A stretch of 64,000 nucleotides of DNA from Dimorphilus gyrociliatus (GCA_904063045.1 CAJFCJ010000012.1:1674001-1738000); one strand, 5' to 3'; counted from the stretch's first letter, positions 36,022 to 50,049 are shown. Numbers and translations are program-made. Notes: generated by a model from the letters alone, not told the origin.

Positions 36022-38259
36022 TTATAGAGAGTGCATTCTAATATCAACATGATCCAGCATAAATTGGACAGTATCTATGCGACGTAGTACTCGTGGTGTC
36101 TGTACAAAGTAGATAAGAACTGATATTTATAACTTGACTAATAATTAGTGATTTACCTTATAAAGATTCAAAGAAATATCTGCAGTATCTCTTAAAAATT
36201 GTCTAAATTCGGAAAAAGTTCCGGGCTTAACTATGAATACTTTCATTGGAGCAATATTATTCTTCTTTCGAAATGTTTCGTATACGAAAAACTCTTTGCA
36301 TAACGTTTTATCAATCTATTTGGTAAGAAAAATTACTTTAAAACTGAGTAAAAGAGAAGATAAATTGAGGAAACAAACCTCATCCAATTGTGATGCGCAT
36401 ATTAAATGTCCGTTTTCTAATTCTAAGAAAACTGTATAATATGGCAGATCGATAAGATCACTTTTATTTGATACTTGTTCCAGAACAGCGCTTTCAACGC
36501 AACAATAATCAATTATTTTAATGCCGTGCCAATTTCTAGCGGAATGAATTAAAGCTGAATAGAACGCTTTTTCACTAGTTTTCTCTCCTCTAACGTTCAA
36601 GAATTGTCCTTGTCTAAGTGTTAGGAAAATAGAAGATAACTTTATAAAACTAAGCAATTTTGTCTCTTTACCTATAAAGAAATTCAATTAAGGGACAATG
36701 ATTATGGAAACCAACAACTCTAACTACGTCTCCGAATCGGTATCTGTAAAGAAACGTATTTATTATACTATTTTTGATATAATGAATGGTGTTATACCAA
36801 CCTATAAAGTCCACTTTGATTTGATACAACTAGCTCATAATCTTTTCCATCTTCAACTTCATCTAATAGTAGAGTGGAAGGTTGTTCTTCGTCACTTTGT
36901 TCCAATGGAATGAATTCATAAAATACGGTTCTAGGGATTAATAAATAATGTCTATTGTGACTTAAAGGATCTAAATTGATTCCTAGAAGGCCTTCGGTTG
37001 CTGAATAGAGAGCTGAATAGAAGATAATTCCTTGAAATTCATGTTGCTTCAAAATCCGTCCATATATATCATTAGAACCCGAATCAACAGTTAATACACA
37101 TTGTAGATCAGGCCAAATTCTTGATACAATACCATCGAAACCTCTATCAAACTCTTCACGAAGAAAAGATGCTCTATTAAGATCCGGAAAAAGTAATGAT
37201 TCTAAATGTTTTCTGAGATTCGTATCTAATTTGATATCGCAATTTATTGTTCCAGTTTCTATATCGTGTACTAAATCGTGCCAATGGTTCCTTAGAGCTC
37301 TCATAGCTGTGTAGAGAACAGAGGCAAAGCCACTCTCAATTAAACCAATATTAGGATCTCTTAAGCCAAATAGCAGATGAATGTATAAAAGGGAATAGTC
37401 ATCTGTAATTTTGAATGCTTTTGTGGGTGTACTTAACATTTGCAAAGTATATTCAACATTCGGTTGTTGTTGTCCAACCGGTATACCGCAAGCGATTGTT
37501 TTAGTTCTTGGTACGTAGGCAAATCTAAGAATTTTTCTTAATCGTTTCAATTCGCTAAAGTTATCATGTAGAATGCGCCAAACAATTGCATAACCAAATC
37601 TATAATGTAAAGTCCTTTCGTGCGACAAAACGGGCAACATGTTGCTATGTCCAGATGCTCCTGATGTTATAGCTAACAGAACTGTACTATCAACATTAAG
37701 AACGTTTTCTTGACCTTCAACAATCTGCTCTAAGTACGATTGATAATGACTATATCTCGTTAGAGGATGTTGTTTTGTAAAGTCTTCAACCGTTTTCATT
37801 ATTTTAAAATTATAATCACGACCATAAATTGTGCTTTGATTTCTTCGAAGCCTTTGTAAAATAAGTCTACTTTGAACCTCACGAAGTTCAATGGTATCTG
37901 ATTCAAGTTTATTCCTCATTCGTCTACCGGTAAATTGCAATCTGATTAAGCATATATAATGACTAGCCATGTGTCCAAATGTGTATTGGGTAACGCCAGA
38001 AATCCTTCTACGGAAATAATCAACTCCGGCAAAGGATAATATAACAAGAATTAGGCATCCAATTCCTGATTAGATAAAAAATTTATTATTGTGTCTGTAT
38101 TACATTTCAAAATAATAATTTACCAGCTAGAGCGCTTTTAGTAACCGACAAAGCCTTAGGATGCTCCATAACTTCATGATAAATGGCGTATACAGAGAAT
38201 GCAACTACAAAAGGTAGGAATATAACTATCATTACAAGTGGAGCCGCTTGAGCACCCAT
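36022..38259 (-). CDS. GHDC: GH3 domain-containing protein (multi-exon)
   Basis: HPLTRYSHYQSY, LAITSGASGHSNMLP, FYSALYSATEGLLGINL, YEFIP...YELVVSNQSGLYR, LNVRGEKTSE and a final exon TPRVLRR...HSL*. Confidence 0.93.
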
Positions 38260-38699
38260 TTTTGAAGGTTATCAATCCAAAGCCAACCTCCTTTAACTTA
38301 ACAGCGATAATCAGTATGTTTACATATTCGAGATCTCGTTCCTGAACTTCCGCTGAGGCTTTCGCGCCAAATTTCGGTTTTTTGCCTCATTGATAGATAT
38401 ATTTTCTGAATTATACACTGGCATCCACTTCATTACTTATATGATTTTATAAATCATATACGAAAACGACATTTACAATAACAGATTTCAAATGGGTTAT
38501 TAAATGTCTTAAGTATAAGGCATAATATTACTGCTAAATATATCAAGTCCTCTTTAACAAATAAGTAAAATAGTTTTCTTGAAAAAAATTGGTCAATTTA
38601 CACTTTTTAAGCTTTTCCCCTTTGTAAAGAAGAGCACGTGTATAAATTACCGATAATTTTCAATCATATGACTACCAACGTGATATATTTTCACTTCAC

Positions 38700-38702
<3 letters not shown>

Positions 38703-38738
<36 letters not shown>
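38703..38738. repeat. (TC)n/(GA)n microsatellite between GHDC and the multicopper oxidase
   Basis: About 18 perfect TC units, 70 bp upstream of the oxidase ATG. Confidence 0.95.
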
Positions 38739-38741
<3 letters not shown>

Positions 38742-38806
38742 ATTTTTCTATTTATCTTTTTCTCTATTTCTCTCACTTTTGTCAAAATCATATCTCCTGT
38801 GGAAGA

Positions 38807-41092
38807 ATGAAATATACTTATCTATTAATAGCATTGCTTTCAGGAGTAGTCTTCAGTAATGAAGAATGCTCCGAAAGTGCGCTTGAATGCGAATACTACT
38901 TTGATATTGAATACGCAAAGAGTATGACTTTTCAGGGTTCTAAGGTATATATGGCTAATAATTCTTTCATGATATATGAGAAGGAAACTGGTAATCTTAA
39001 AATACTTACAAATGAAGGTTAAGAATCATGCTTTTTTTCAAATTGTTCCAATCATAAGTCCTTTACAAACGTTTTAATTGTGATAATAGAGGCAGAACAA
39101 GTTATTACGGCGGATGGAAGGCAGAAGAGTCTAATAACTATCAATGGTCGCTTTCCGGGACCACCAATAATAGTCTATGAAGGTCAAATAGTGACAGTGA
39201 AACTAAAAAATTCTTTGGACAGTCAAGGAACTTCTCTTCATTTTCATGGAATAAAACAGCTAAACACTGCTTGGATGGATGGAGTCGGTGGAGTAACTCA
39301 GTGTCCTATAAGTCCAGGACAAAGTTTTACTTATAAATTTTTAGCCTCTCCGGTAGGAACACATTGGTATCATTCACATTACGGTATTCAAAGAAGTACT
39401 GGCTTATTCGGTCCGTTAGTAATTAAGAGAAAGAGCGATAAGGACGAAAAAAAGTACAACAAAGAGTTTATCATTTCTGTGCATGAATGGCTATGGAATG
39501 ATACTTCTGATATCTATGATATGGCTTCGAAAGAAGCAGTTAGTTTTGCATTCGGATATGGAGATTTTAATTCTCCTTGCTTTTTTTCCTCAAAAGAGTC
39601 AGATGGCATAGATACTGTGGTAACCCCGATTTATTCGGCTCTACTTAATAGTAGAGGTCGACACTACGGACGTTTTAATAGAACATATCCCGGTCCAAAG
39701 CTTCCTCTTGAAGAATTTCATGTGGAAAGCGGCGGGGTATATTTATTTCGTATTATAAATACTGGAATGGCCGTTTCCTTTGAAATAAGCATTGATGATC
39801 ACGATCTAATGGTTGTAGCGACTGATGGGTGTGATGTAAGACCAAAGCAATTCGATTCTTTGATCATCCATCCCGGAGAAAGATATGATTTTTATCTTGA
39901 AGCCATTAGGGAACCTGGAATATATTTCTTAAGGGCTAGAACACTTGAAAGATTCTCTAACAATAAGGTTATTAAACATTCTATTTGATGTACCAAATAA
40001 GATTTATTACTGAGTGTAATTTTAATCTTTTTTTCATAGCCAGTGATTCCTGTTCATATTGAAGGTTTAATAAAGTATAAAGGAAGCGCAAAGTCATTTT
40101 CAAAGAGGAAAAAATGCTCGCGGGTTTATCCTTGCAAAGTTTTAAATTGTCCATTTGCGACTTCCATCATTGATAATTGGATTTGTACCTCCATTGCAAA
40201 TTTGGAAGCTTTAAATGAACGTCACATTCCACATCCTACGGTTGAGCACTTTCTAAATTATCATTTTAATTGGCTTAAGGATGAGAGGGTTTGGAAACCG
40301 ACAATAAATGGATTAAGACATGAGAACCCATCGGCCCCCCTTCAATTATTTCCACCGGCGGAACTACAGAGTATGCGCGAGTGTGGTAAAGAAAATTGCA
40401 ATAATTCTTGTAAATGTACAAATATACTGCATTTACCATTCAATAAAAGCGTCCAATTAGTTCTCGCAACAACCATTCACAATCCTAAAAATGTTCTCAA
40501 TGGGAATCCACATCCAATACACTTACACGGTCATCACTTCCAAGTTTTGTCTATTGGCTATCCTAAATATAATGAACAAGGAGTATATTTCAAACAGAAT
40601 CCATCCCTTAAATGCTCAGATATGCAATGTAATCGGCTTCTTTGGTCCTTCAATAAAACTATTATTAGTAATCCGAGAGCTGTTGAAAAAGATACAGTTA
40701 TAGTTCCTGCTGGGGGATACGTTGTTATTAGATTCTTGACGGATAATCCTGGATTTTGGTATATGCATTGTCACATGGAATTTCATAATGAAGAAGGAAT
40801 GGCAATGATACTTCAAGTTGGAGAAATGAGCGATATGACAGAACCTCCTATAGATATGAATAATTGCGGAAATTTTGAATGGAATGATGAAAGCTTTTCC
40901 AATTACATTAAAAATCCTCCCACATTAAATTCACTTTTGCAGAAAGAAGAGAAGACTGACAAAAGGAAATTAATTGCAGTCTATGTAGCTGCAGCTTTAG
41001 CTACGTTTAGTTCGTTTTTAGCACTGTTTGCACTTTGTCACAAAAGAATTAACAAACAATATGATGGATATCAGATTATTCCTATGCAATAG
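38807..41092 (+). CDS. Laccase-like multicopper oxidase with signal peptide and C-terminal TM helix (3 exons)
   Basis: All four Cu-binding motifs are present: SLHFHG, THWYHSH, HPIHLHGHHF and WYMHCHMEFHNEEGM. TM LIAVYVAAALATFSSFLALFAL; tail motif YQII. Confidence 0.95.
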
Positions 41093-41381
41093 CAGGAATA
41101 TTGAAAGTTTAACAATATTTAAATTGATAGAACTATAAACGATAGAAAATTGATGATCCTTTGTAGAATCTTAAAAAATTACTTAAATGCGGCTTGTATT
41201 CAAATATTATTAAAAATTTTTTCATCTAACAAAACATTGTGATAGGCTCTTCTGTGATCTAGCTCAATTTAATACTAATATAAACATACTGTTATCTCAG
41301 CGATAAGAGTAGCTTTAGTATTTAACAGAATAAAGGCATCATACCTTCAGGTTAAAGACTAGAATACTAAGCTTTCCTGGT

Positions 41382-42182
41382 ATGGGAACATTTCTCGGTC
41401 ACATTCTCCCAGGTTCCTTCTTCATAATTTTTTCTCTTTGGTCAACTTTCAATGTTGCCAAAAAGCGAATACTGGATCACAGAAAAAGATTAGAATATAA
41501 AAGTACTGCAACTCATGATTGCAATTGCTTTGGTCGTTTCTCTAGAGCTCCGATAGAATCGATCATAAAATTTGTTTGCTGTATTTGTGGAATTATTTTA
41601 GAATTAGTGATGTGGTACAAAGGTGGGTTTGGCCTTCCAGTTTTGGCTGCCAATTTGCAACATTCGTCTATGTATGCTGGTTTTGCTGTATCTGGATTAG
41701 CCGAAGCTTGTCTTCACTACAAAAAGGGAATAGATGGTATTGATTACATAATGGGTGCTTTCGCCTTTGCAGTTGAAGGATTCCTATTTCAATTTCATCT
41801 TCTCACAAAATCAGATATTGAGTCTAAACTTCATCTTCTTCTCGTGTTGATAGCATATGCATCCTCTGTAGCATATCTATTAGAGTGGCGCTTTCTTAAA
41901 AGCCAATTGGCTGCTTTCTTCAGATGTCAAGCTACGCTTTTAAATGGCCTGTGGTTTTGGTGTGTGGCGTTTATGCTGTTTCCTCCTGCTCCTTCGTTAC
42001 CTCGGTGGAAAGATAACTCTGGATTAACTATGCTAGCTGCCGGCCTGTTTGTCTGGATGGCACTAATATCTATAGGAATTGTTACACTCATTAATTACTT
42101 AACATACACAGCGTATAGTCGCTACTGGACTATTGATTATACAGTCGTAACTAGTTCGGATTGCGATGAAGATGATTCATAG
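41382..42182 (+). CDS. TMEM45B: TMEM45 family (DUF716) multi-pass membrane protein, intronless
   Basis: MGTFLGHILPGSFFIIFSLW, NLQHSSMY, AFAVEGFLFQFH and LLNGLWFW. Confidence 0.92.
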   Translation: MGTFLGHILPGSFFIIFSLWSTFNVAKKRILDHRKRLEYKSTATHDCNCFGRFSRAPIESIIKFVCCICGIILELVMWYKGGFGLPVLAANLQHSSMYAGFAVSGLAEACLHYKKGIDGIDYIMGAFAFAVEGFLFQFHLLTKSDIESKLHLLLVLIAYASSVAYLLEWRFLKSQLAAFFRCQATLLNGLWFWCVAFMLFPPAPSLPRWKDNSGLTMLAAGLFVWMALISIGIVTLINYLTYTAYSRYWTIDYTVVTSSDCDEDDS

Positions 42183-42341
42183 CATATTCCTATTGAATTA
42201 ACAAAAAAATGAATATAATGTTGTATAGTATTTACATAAGCACTTTTTCTACACAAAAACAACAAAGACCTAAATTAAAAAATTTTTGACTATACAAAAA
42301 TTAGAACGAACCACAGTTAAAGAGAAAGTACAAAATTCAAT

Positions 42342-45300
42342 CTATTTTCTTGCCAGAGCAGCCTGTTGACTCATAACTTGTTGCCATCTCAATATTTGTT
42401 GCTGATATTGTTCAATGTACTGCTGTTGTATAAGAAGCCGGAGCTGCTTTTGAAGCTCCTCTTGAGTAATATTTGGAGATTTTGCAACAATATTTCTGGC
42501 CAATTCTTGCATTTGAAATGTTGTTGGAGCGGACATTTGCTGTTGCTGTAAGAAAAGTTGTTGCTGGGCTAATGACATTCCCATACCAGGAGCACCCATT
42601 CCAAATCCCATTGTGTTACCAGCGGCCAGCACGGCTGATCTAACACCTTCTTTCTCTTGCTCATATTCGTCCCAAGCTGCCTTTCTTTCTTCCTCTGTTA
42701 GGCTCTCTTCAGGTCTTTCTTCAAGTAATGAGTCGTGTTCTTTTACATCAATTACATGAACTTTTAATTCTGATATTAGTTCTGCCAGTAAACGATCTTT
42801 TGGAACAGGAGGCGTTGGTTCAACCTCCGGTATTGGCCGGAAATTGTACAATTCCTGTAAATCGGCAGCAGTGAAATGCCTATCGATTTGTTGTTCGTCA
42901 ACAACACGGTGGGACAAAGACAGTTTTGTCACTTGACGTTCGTATATCTTCTGTTCCATAGTACCGTACGCTAACAAACGATAAACATAACAAGGTTTAG
43001 TTTGCCCGAACCTATATACTCTAAATATAGATTGAACATCATGGCTCGGATTCCACGAAGCATCTAAAATTACAACCCGATTAGCTCCAATTAAATTAAT
43101 ACCTAAGCCACCGGCTTTAGTTGATATTAAGAACAAACGAGCTCTAATATTTTCCGGATTATTGAAAATTGTAGCCCATCGTTTTCTTAGATGGGCTGGT
43201 GTTGAGCCGTCAAATCGAAAGTAATCAGTATTTGGTACCCATTTTGATTTAACACCATCTGTTGTTCTTTTCAAAAATTCTTTGCTTAACTCAATCTCTT
43301 CCTCAGTTTTATTCTCATCAATACTTGCCTCTTGCCAGAGTTTAAGTATGTGCTCGATAAAATTTAATGTAAGTATACTTTGAGAAAATACTATGAGTTT
43401 ATCTCCAATCGATTCACATAGAACCAGTAGGCGGACAAGAATCATTAGTTTTCCAGAAGCTTCCACACAGCTTTTCATCTGTTCATCCATATGATCAGCC
43501 CACCATTCATTACTTACAGGTCCCTTTACTTCTTCATCTTCTACAATATCTTCCTTTTGGCCATCCGATTGATTACGTCTTGTCCGCTTGGTGGAAAATT
43601 TATTAACATAAGTATTTTCATCAGATTTATCAGTATCAGAATCGGCTTTCGGATTTTTCTTCATAGATCTTGTCTTTCGTTTTCCATTATCAGAATCACT
43701 CAGAACTAAGCAGTCATCATCATTGTTGCTATCAGTTGACTGCGAAGCCTCACTGGTCCCTACGGAATTATCGTCAATAAACTCTTCCATGGAATCATCG
43801 TTAAACATGCGCTTAGCTTCTTGTCTTATTTCATTCATTTTCAATTGCCAAGGATGCGACCAAATTCTCATTAAAAATTGATAGTCTGAGAATAAAGATG
43901 CTCCTCTATTCCGAATTTCTCCTAAACCTACTTTCCTTTTTAAATACTCTTCATAAAGTTTAATTTGAATCTCTCCCAATTGAGTATAAACAACGTATTC
44001 ATATTTAGGTGGTAAGAAAGATGTCAGAGCTCTATAATCTCGTCTTTGTACACAACCGGCTAATGTTTCGTGGAGGACGTGAGCACGTCTTTTCATTAGT
44101 TTTACATCTCTCTGGGTAGAATCAGCACACTGACCATTTGTTATGGGATTAACAAAGCGATTGCAAAATTCTTTTTTCGTACCCAGTAATCTTTTCTTCA
44201 CAAGATCAACCATACAGTGATATTCCAACAGATTATTTTGTAGAGGTGTACCTGTTAAAACTATCTTCCGCTTGGTTCTCACCCCTGCAATACATTGTGA
44301 TAGAGCAGATGAGGCATTTTTTAAGACGTGACCTTCGTCCGCAACGAACAAGTCTGGACCAGGATCGATTAAACATCTAGTTAACATATCTTTCTGACTC
44401 TTTTTTTTAATCCATTTATGTTGGGCTAAGTTTCTAAACATTTCATAACCAATTATTAATATTCCCCCTGTTTTCCACCATGTTTCAATTTCAATTACTC
44501 GATTTGCACTATTCTTTAAACTTGACAATTCAACAACATTCAATTCAAGCTTCTTATCATTCAAATGCCCCTGCCATGTATCCCATTCATCTTTCCAATT
44601 AAGGACGGTATTCAACGGACAAACTACTAAACAACGAGTAAATTTTAGTAATTTTTCCGTCATTATAGTGTGCACAAAGGCTATAATTGATAAAGTTTTT
44701 CCTAAACCCATGCAATGAGCAAGAATAGCACCAGAACCAGAATCATTGTCTCTGACTCGATCAACCGATTCGCAGACACATTCCCACAAAAATTTCACTG
44801 CTTCAACCTGATGGGGCTTCAATAAACGGATAATATTTGGATGAACTTCGACGTGAGGTGGATCCAATTCTAATTTTGTCGTAATAGGACACTTCTGCCC
44901 GGTATCCTCCACAACAGTATTATATAAACGTTGGCGTTCCTTGACACGATTCCGTCTTTCTTCTTCTTCTCGACCAGCAGCTTTGGTATCGCTGTCCAGT
45001 TTTTTATCTTTTATTATCTTTTTTATATCCTTACGTTTACCAGGCGTTCCCTTTACGTCAACTTCCTCGATGTCACTGTCATTTGACGAAGCGCCAGAAA
45101 CTCGTCTCTTCTTTTTTGTAAAGTTTTCCTCTTTATCCATGTCTTCATCAGAAGATGATATTGTGATAATAGTTCTTTTCCTTCTTCTTTTTTTCTTTTT
45201 GACATCATTTCCTGGCTCCGATTCATCTGAAAGTTTATTTGGGTCATCTCCGCTCGAATCGTCTCTTTTTTTGTTCTTTTTTTCTCTCTTTTTCTTTTTT

Positions 45301-47852
45301 TCCTTAGCTTGGGCAGTTTTCTTGTCAGACAACTCATCAGGTTCACCTTTTTTATCACGTTTAATTGTAATTTTTAATTTTCTATCACTTTTATCAGGAT
45401 TTACATCTGAATTTTGACTACTATCTGTGTTTATGTGATATTTACGCTTCCGATTATCAGTATCAAAGCATTCATCCTCAGAATCATTTATCCTTGCATC
45501 TAACAATTTGTCATAAGGACGTCTGCTAGACTTTGAGGTGGTTGACTCGCTATTTTCTTTCGAAGAAGTCGAGTCATTATCATCTTTCGAAGATGTTAAA
45601 CTCTTTTTATTTTCCGATGGAACTTTATTCTTGCAAGCTTTCTTTAATTTATTTAACCCGAGATCTTCCAAATCTGAGTCATGCGATTGATTATCTGAAT
45701 TTGAACTGGAGCTATCAAATATATAAGATTTATCCTTATGTGGATTGATAGCGTGACTTTGGTATTCATCTTCACTAAATTGGTCACTAATCTGATGAGT
45801 GTCCAGCTCGGAATCATCGTCGCTTGAGTTCATAATTCTATCGACGAGTGAACTATTCCCAGGATTTGAGGCAGATCCCAAGCCTTCTTCAGCTTGTGTT
45901 CGCTTTTTGAGATTCAGCTTGGCACTTTCACTTCCCTGAACTCTCCCTAGTGGCAGGTGTAACACTACTACAGATGCGCACAAAATAAAATGGAAGGAAT
46001 ACCTTACCTATGGCAGCTCGGAGATTTCTCATTGTGGACGAAACAGCCTCTTCTTCGTTAACAAATTCACTAGAATCAATAGTGCTATTTACCAAGGCAT
46101 CATTGTTAGTAGTATCGAGAGGATCATTTGTACCATCTTGTGACGGAAGTATTAAATTGTGATCGCTTTCTAAGTTACTTTCTTCCATGTCTATTTTCTC
46201 TCTTTGACGCCTTCTATTTTCTCTAATCAAGCGTCTCTTTTTCAGTTTTTGACGAATTTTTCGTAATTTAGCTTTTGAGGATTCTTTGTCTTTAAATAAT
46301 ATTTAGATAAGAAAGTTGAATAAGTTTAAATAAGTCATTGTAAAATTTTATAACTACCTGGTTCATCACTTGATATTAGATCACTAGTGTCAAATGTACT
46401 GGTAGATGACTTTTGTTTATCATCGCAACTGTCATTAGCACTATTTCTCCTTTTTTTACCCTTATTTTTTGAAATCTATAGATTCATAAAACAATACATA
46501 AATTAAATATTTTACTTTTCTAAAATAAATATACATATATATATATATATATATATATGTATAGATACTTGTTAATAATGAGTGGTATTACCTGAATATT
46601 TTTGCGTTCATCCTCCGAGCTGTCTATGATAATGACTTCTTGAGGGCCAACTTGATTTGTGATATTGATCCGGCGAATTCTCGGCCTATCACTGTACTCA
46701 GACGTTCTTCGTCGAGCCAATAATGTACACTGATTCGCTGCTTTTTTGAAAATAGCCAACATTCGATCGGTGTCTCTTGCTACATCTGTTCGTAGCCTAC
46801 TTTGCAGCTCCATAGATTGTTCTCTAGTTGCTGCTCTGTTTCTTTTTCTTAAATCCTTCACGTGGTTTCGTAATTTATCTAATACAGTCAGCGTTCTTAA
46901 GAGAACTTCCGACACAGCTTCAGGGCAAGTTTGAAAATAATCACCGTTGTAGGTTGGTACGTCTCTTAGAAATCTTCGTTGAGAGCCTCGATAATTACCG
47001 CCTATTAACGACTTTGATGTTGGTTTTTCAGGTGTTATTTCCCCCAGTGCTCTTTGGCACTCAATTACTAATGGTTTTATAGGATTAGAATTGCAAACAA
47101 GGCACGACCATTTAGTTTTTGGATCCTTAATTCGTTGAAGCTGAGATCTACCAAGATTTCTTCGTATACATTCACTACAGAATGCATGAGGACAATTATC
47201 ACAACAAAGTAATGAGCCCCCCTCACCACACCAGAGACACTGATTATCTGTCCCATTATCGTCTCTTTCGATAGGAACACATTGATAATAATAATAACAA
47301 GTTTTGCAAACAAGAACTCGGAGATGAGGATGACTTCTTGCATATCCGCCGCTAGTTCTTCGAATTTCAGATCCACAAACTGTACATGAGGGGCCGATCT
47401 TTGTCATCGGTACAATTTTTCTTTTTGTATCATCAACAGATTCCGGTTCTAAGTACAATGTTCCATCAGGCAGGCCAACAGGTCTTCCACGAGAGTCAAA
47501 TTCCATATCATGATCATCCCTATTTGTACCATCTGATTCATCATCGGCGTCATCTGAGTCGTAGCATAATACTTTTCTTGTTATTGCAGGCTTTCGCCTC
47601 CTTGTTTTGAGATTTTCTCCATCTAATTTGGTGGTTGGAGAAGATTGGGGTTCTTTTTCTTGATCTTTTGGTAAGTTAGCATAGTCTTTTAAATCATCAA
47701 CTTCGGTTCTTAAAAGGAAAAAATGCAAATATAAAATTATAAAAATTTCATGATATAACTAACATGTCATTATTGTTTGTAGTCTTCTCAGCGTGCTTTT
47801 CACCGCTTGTTTGATCATTTTGAATTATTTCTGTGTCTTTAGCATCATCCAT
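42342..47852 (-). CDS. ATRX: ATRX chromatin remodeller (ADD domain + SNF2 ATPase/helicase C)
   Basis: ADD finger CTVCG...HPHLRVLVCKTC...CLWCGEGGSLLCCDNCPHAFCSECIRRNLG; ILAHCMGLGKT, VADEGH, TGTPLQNNL, FLISTKAGGLGINL and WNPSHDVQSIFRVYRFGQ; Gln-rich C-terminus. Start provisional. Confidence 0.97.
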
Positions 47853-47974
47853 AGCAGATGGTTCGGATTTCCTAACTTCTGATTCAAAGCTGGATCAAAA
47901 ACATTGATTGTTATATTTATATGCTCCGTAAAACCAACTTTAAAAGAAACCGCTCGAAAATGATGATTTTTAAG

Positions 47975-48002
47975 CAAAATGGCGGATACAAAACCGGAAG
48001 TG
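47975..48002 (+). promoter_or_regulatory. Bidirectional ATRX/NUFIP1 promoter with YY1 and ETS motifs
   Basis: AAAATGGCGG followed by ACCGGAAGTG, lying between divergent start codons 47852 and 48185. Confidence 0.55.
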
Positions 48003-48184
48003 ATAAAAACAACAATAGACTGGTGAGACTTCCTCCATCAAAATGTGTATAATATTACAGACAACGTCTAAAGTGCCAGGGTAAATTCTCACGTGGGAGA
48101 AAAAATTTCATAATACTATATTACACTTCGAAACTAGTTAGAGTTTAAAATTTAGTTTGAAAATAAAAAGAAAATTGCACGAAA

Positions 48185-49696
48185 ATGAGCCACGATTCTG
48201 AGGATGAGTCGTCTTATCCTGCATATTCCAATCCTTTATGGAAGTTTTCTAAAAACACTCAACATCGCTCGCAAGATATTCCAAACAACTGCTGGAAAGG
48301 TTTTTCCGTAAAGAATAACTTACCCCAAAGCAAAGAGTATAATAAAAACTATACACCCTGGTCGGGACATTTCCGATCAAAGGTACTGTAAAAAATTTCC
48401 TGTAATTTTAATTTGTGAATTTGAAAGAATACAGTTGTTTAATCTAAAATATCCTTTTCCAATTAAACAGCAAAGATATACATATGGTTCAAAAGAAAAT
48501 CATAAGAAATTTACTCATAGATGTGAAAGCTGCGATCGGGGATTTCCATCAGAAGAAATATTACAAAAACATTTATCTGAACACGAAAAAGTTTGTACAT
48601 AAAATTTATGATAATAAACCAACATACTTTAGACGTTTGGCGTGCATTTTAGTGTCCGGAATGCAACTATAGCGCTTCATCTGGTCTCATAAATTTGCAT
48701 TATAAACATGTAAGTTTATCTCTTCCAAGTTAACGAAGGTTCTTTAATTATTTAACTTTTTTTTAAAGCATCATATGACAGGACTGGCTAATAAAATTTG
48801 GAAAAAAGAATCAAAAGAAGACATTGAAAAATGGATAATGGAGAGAAAAAAGTATATTTAATTGATGCCTTTTCTGTAAAAAATTCATCAAATCTCTTTT
48901 TCCAGGAAATATCCGACTATTAAGAAAATAGAAGAGCAAAAAAGCACCAAACCAGCTAAGAATGTATTAGAAAAGTAATTTTTAAGTTTAAATATCTAGA
49001 CTTTCTTTAAAATCAAACTGTAAAAATATTATTTTTAATTTCAGATCCCAAATAGGCTTTAAAAAGACTAATAAGAAAAGAAAAAGAAAACCTAGAAAAC
49101 AAAAAGAGAAAAATGATTTAGAGAAAAAAGAAATCATAAAATCAGATGATCCTTTGTCTAAACTTCAAATTAGTGAATCAGGTAATAAAATATAGTTTTT
49201 GCCAACGAAACTCATAACTAAACTAATTTTTATTATCTTATAGAAGATGGTGAGCAAGTAGAGAAAATTGAAACAGATAGATCTGCCTCTGTAAATACAT
49301 CAAGTGCACTATCAGCGTTGCAGTCAATGTATTCGTCGGGTTAGTTTGACCTAAATGCTTTTTCTGTTTTTAGTAATCTTTCTTTTTAGACGATGAAGAA
49401 GAAGTAAATAAAGATAAGGATACAGACTGTCCAGCAAAGAAATCGCGTGTGTTCACTAAACCTAAAAATATTAAAAAGAAACTTACCAAACCAAAAAAGA
49501 ATTTAACCGCACCAAAGACAAGGATGTTAAGGAAACGTCTTACACCTGCACAGACTTCTTTAAGAATGAAACGACCTAGTTTACTTACAATGGTAGCGTT
49601 TTTTTGATTCATAAATCATTTAACGGTCCCAATCTCATTTTAAAACGTCCCTACTTGCAGCTACTGGAAAGCGATCGTCAACGTGAAGAAGCCTAA
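48185..49696 (+). CDS. NUFIP1: Nuclear FMR1-interacting protein 1 / Rsa1-like (multi-exon)
   Basis: C2H2 finger CESCDRGFPSEEILQKHLSEHEKC, EDIEKWIMERKKKYPT and the C-terminal PEP-like RPSLLTMLLESDRQRE. Confidence 0.85.
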
Positions 49697-50049
49697 ATTT
49701 GTTACATTTGGTTGTTTAGTCACTAAATCATAATATTTTATCATCAAGACAGTATGAACACAGATCGAACTTTTAGCTCCAGTTAAGAAAAAAACCTAAT
49801 GAATGAAGGAAGCTGTTTCTGGAGATTTAAAACAATTTCCCTAATTATGGATTTCAAAGTTTGTTTGTAATAATGATTGCTCTAGGAATTATAACTAAAC
49901 AAGATCTTGAATGGTTAGCATTTTTTTAAAAGAAATACCAAAACAAATTTTTTAACATAGAGGAATACAGTATTTTATCAGAACTTAAAAATTCTTATTT
50001 GGATTCGAAACCATCCTTAAATAAAACAATATTTATAAAAACAAAAGCA

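Noticed and set aside
44941-45417. 158-aa Ser/Phe-rich plus-strand ORF
   Set aside because: Antisense shadow of the Lys/Asp/Glu-rich ATRX linker.
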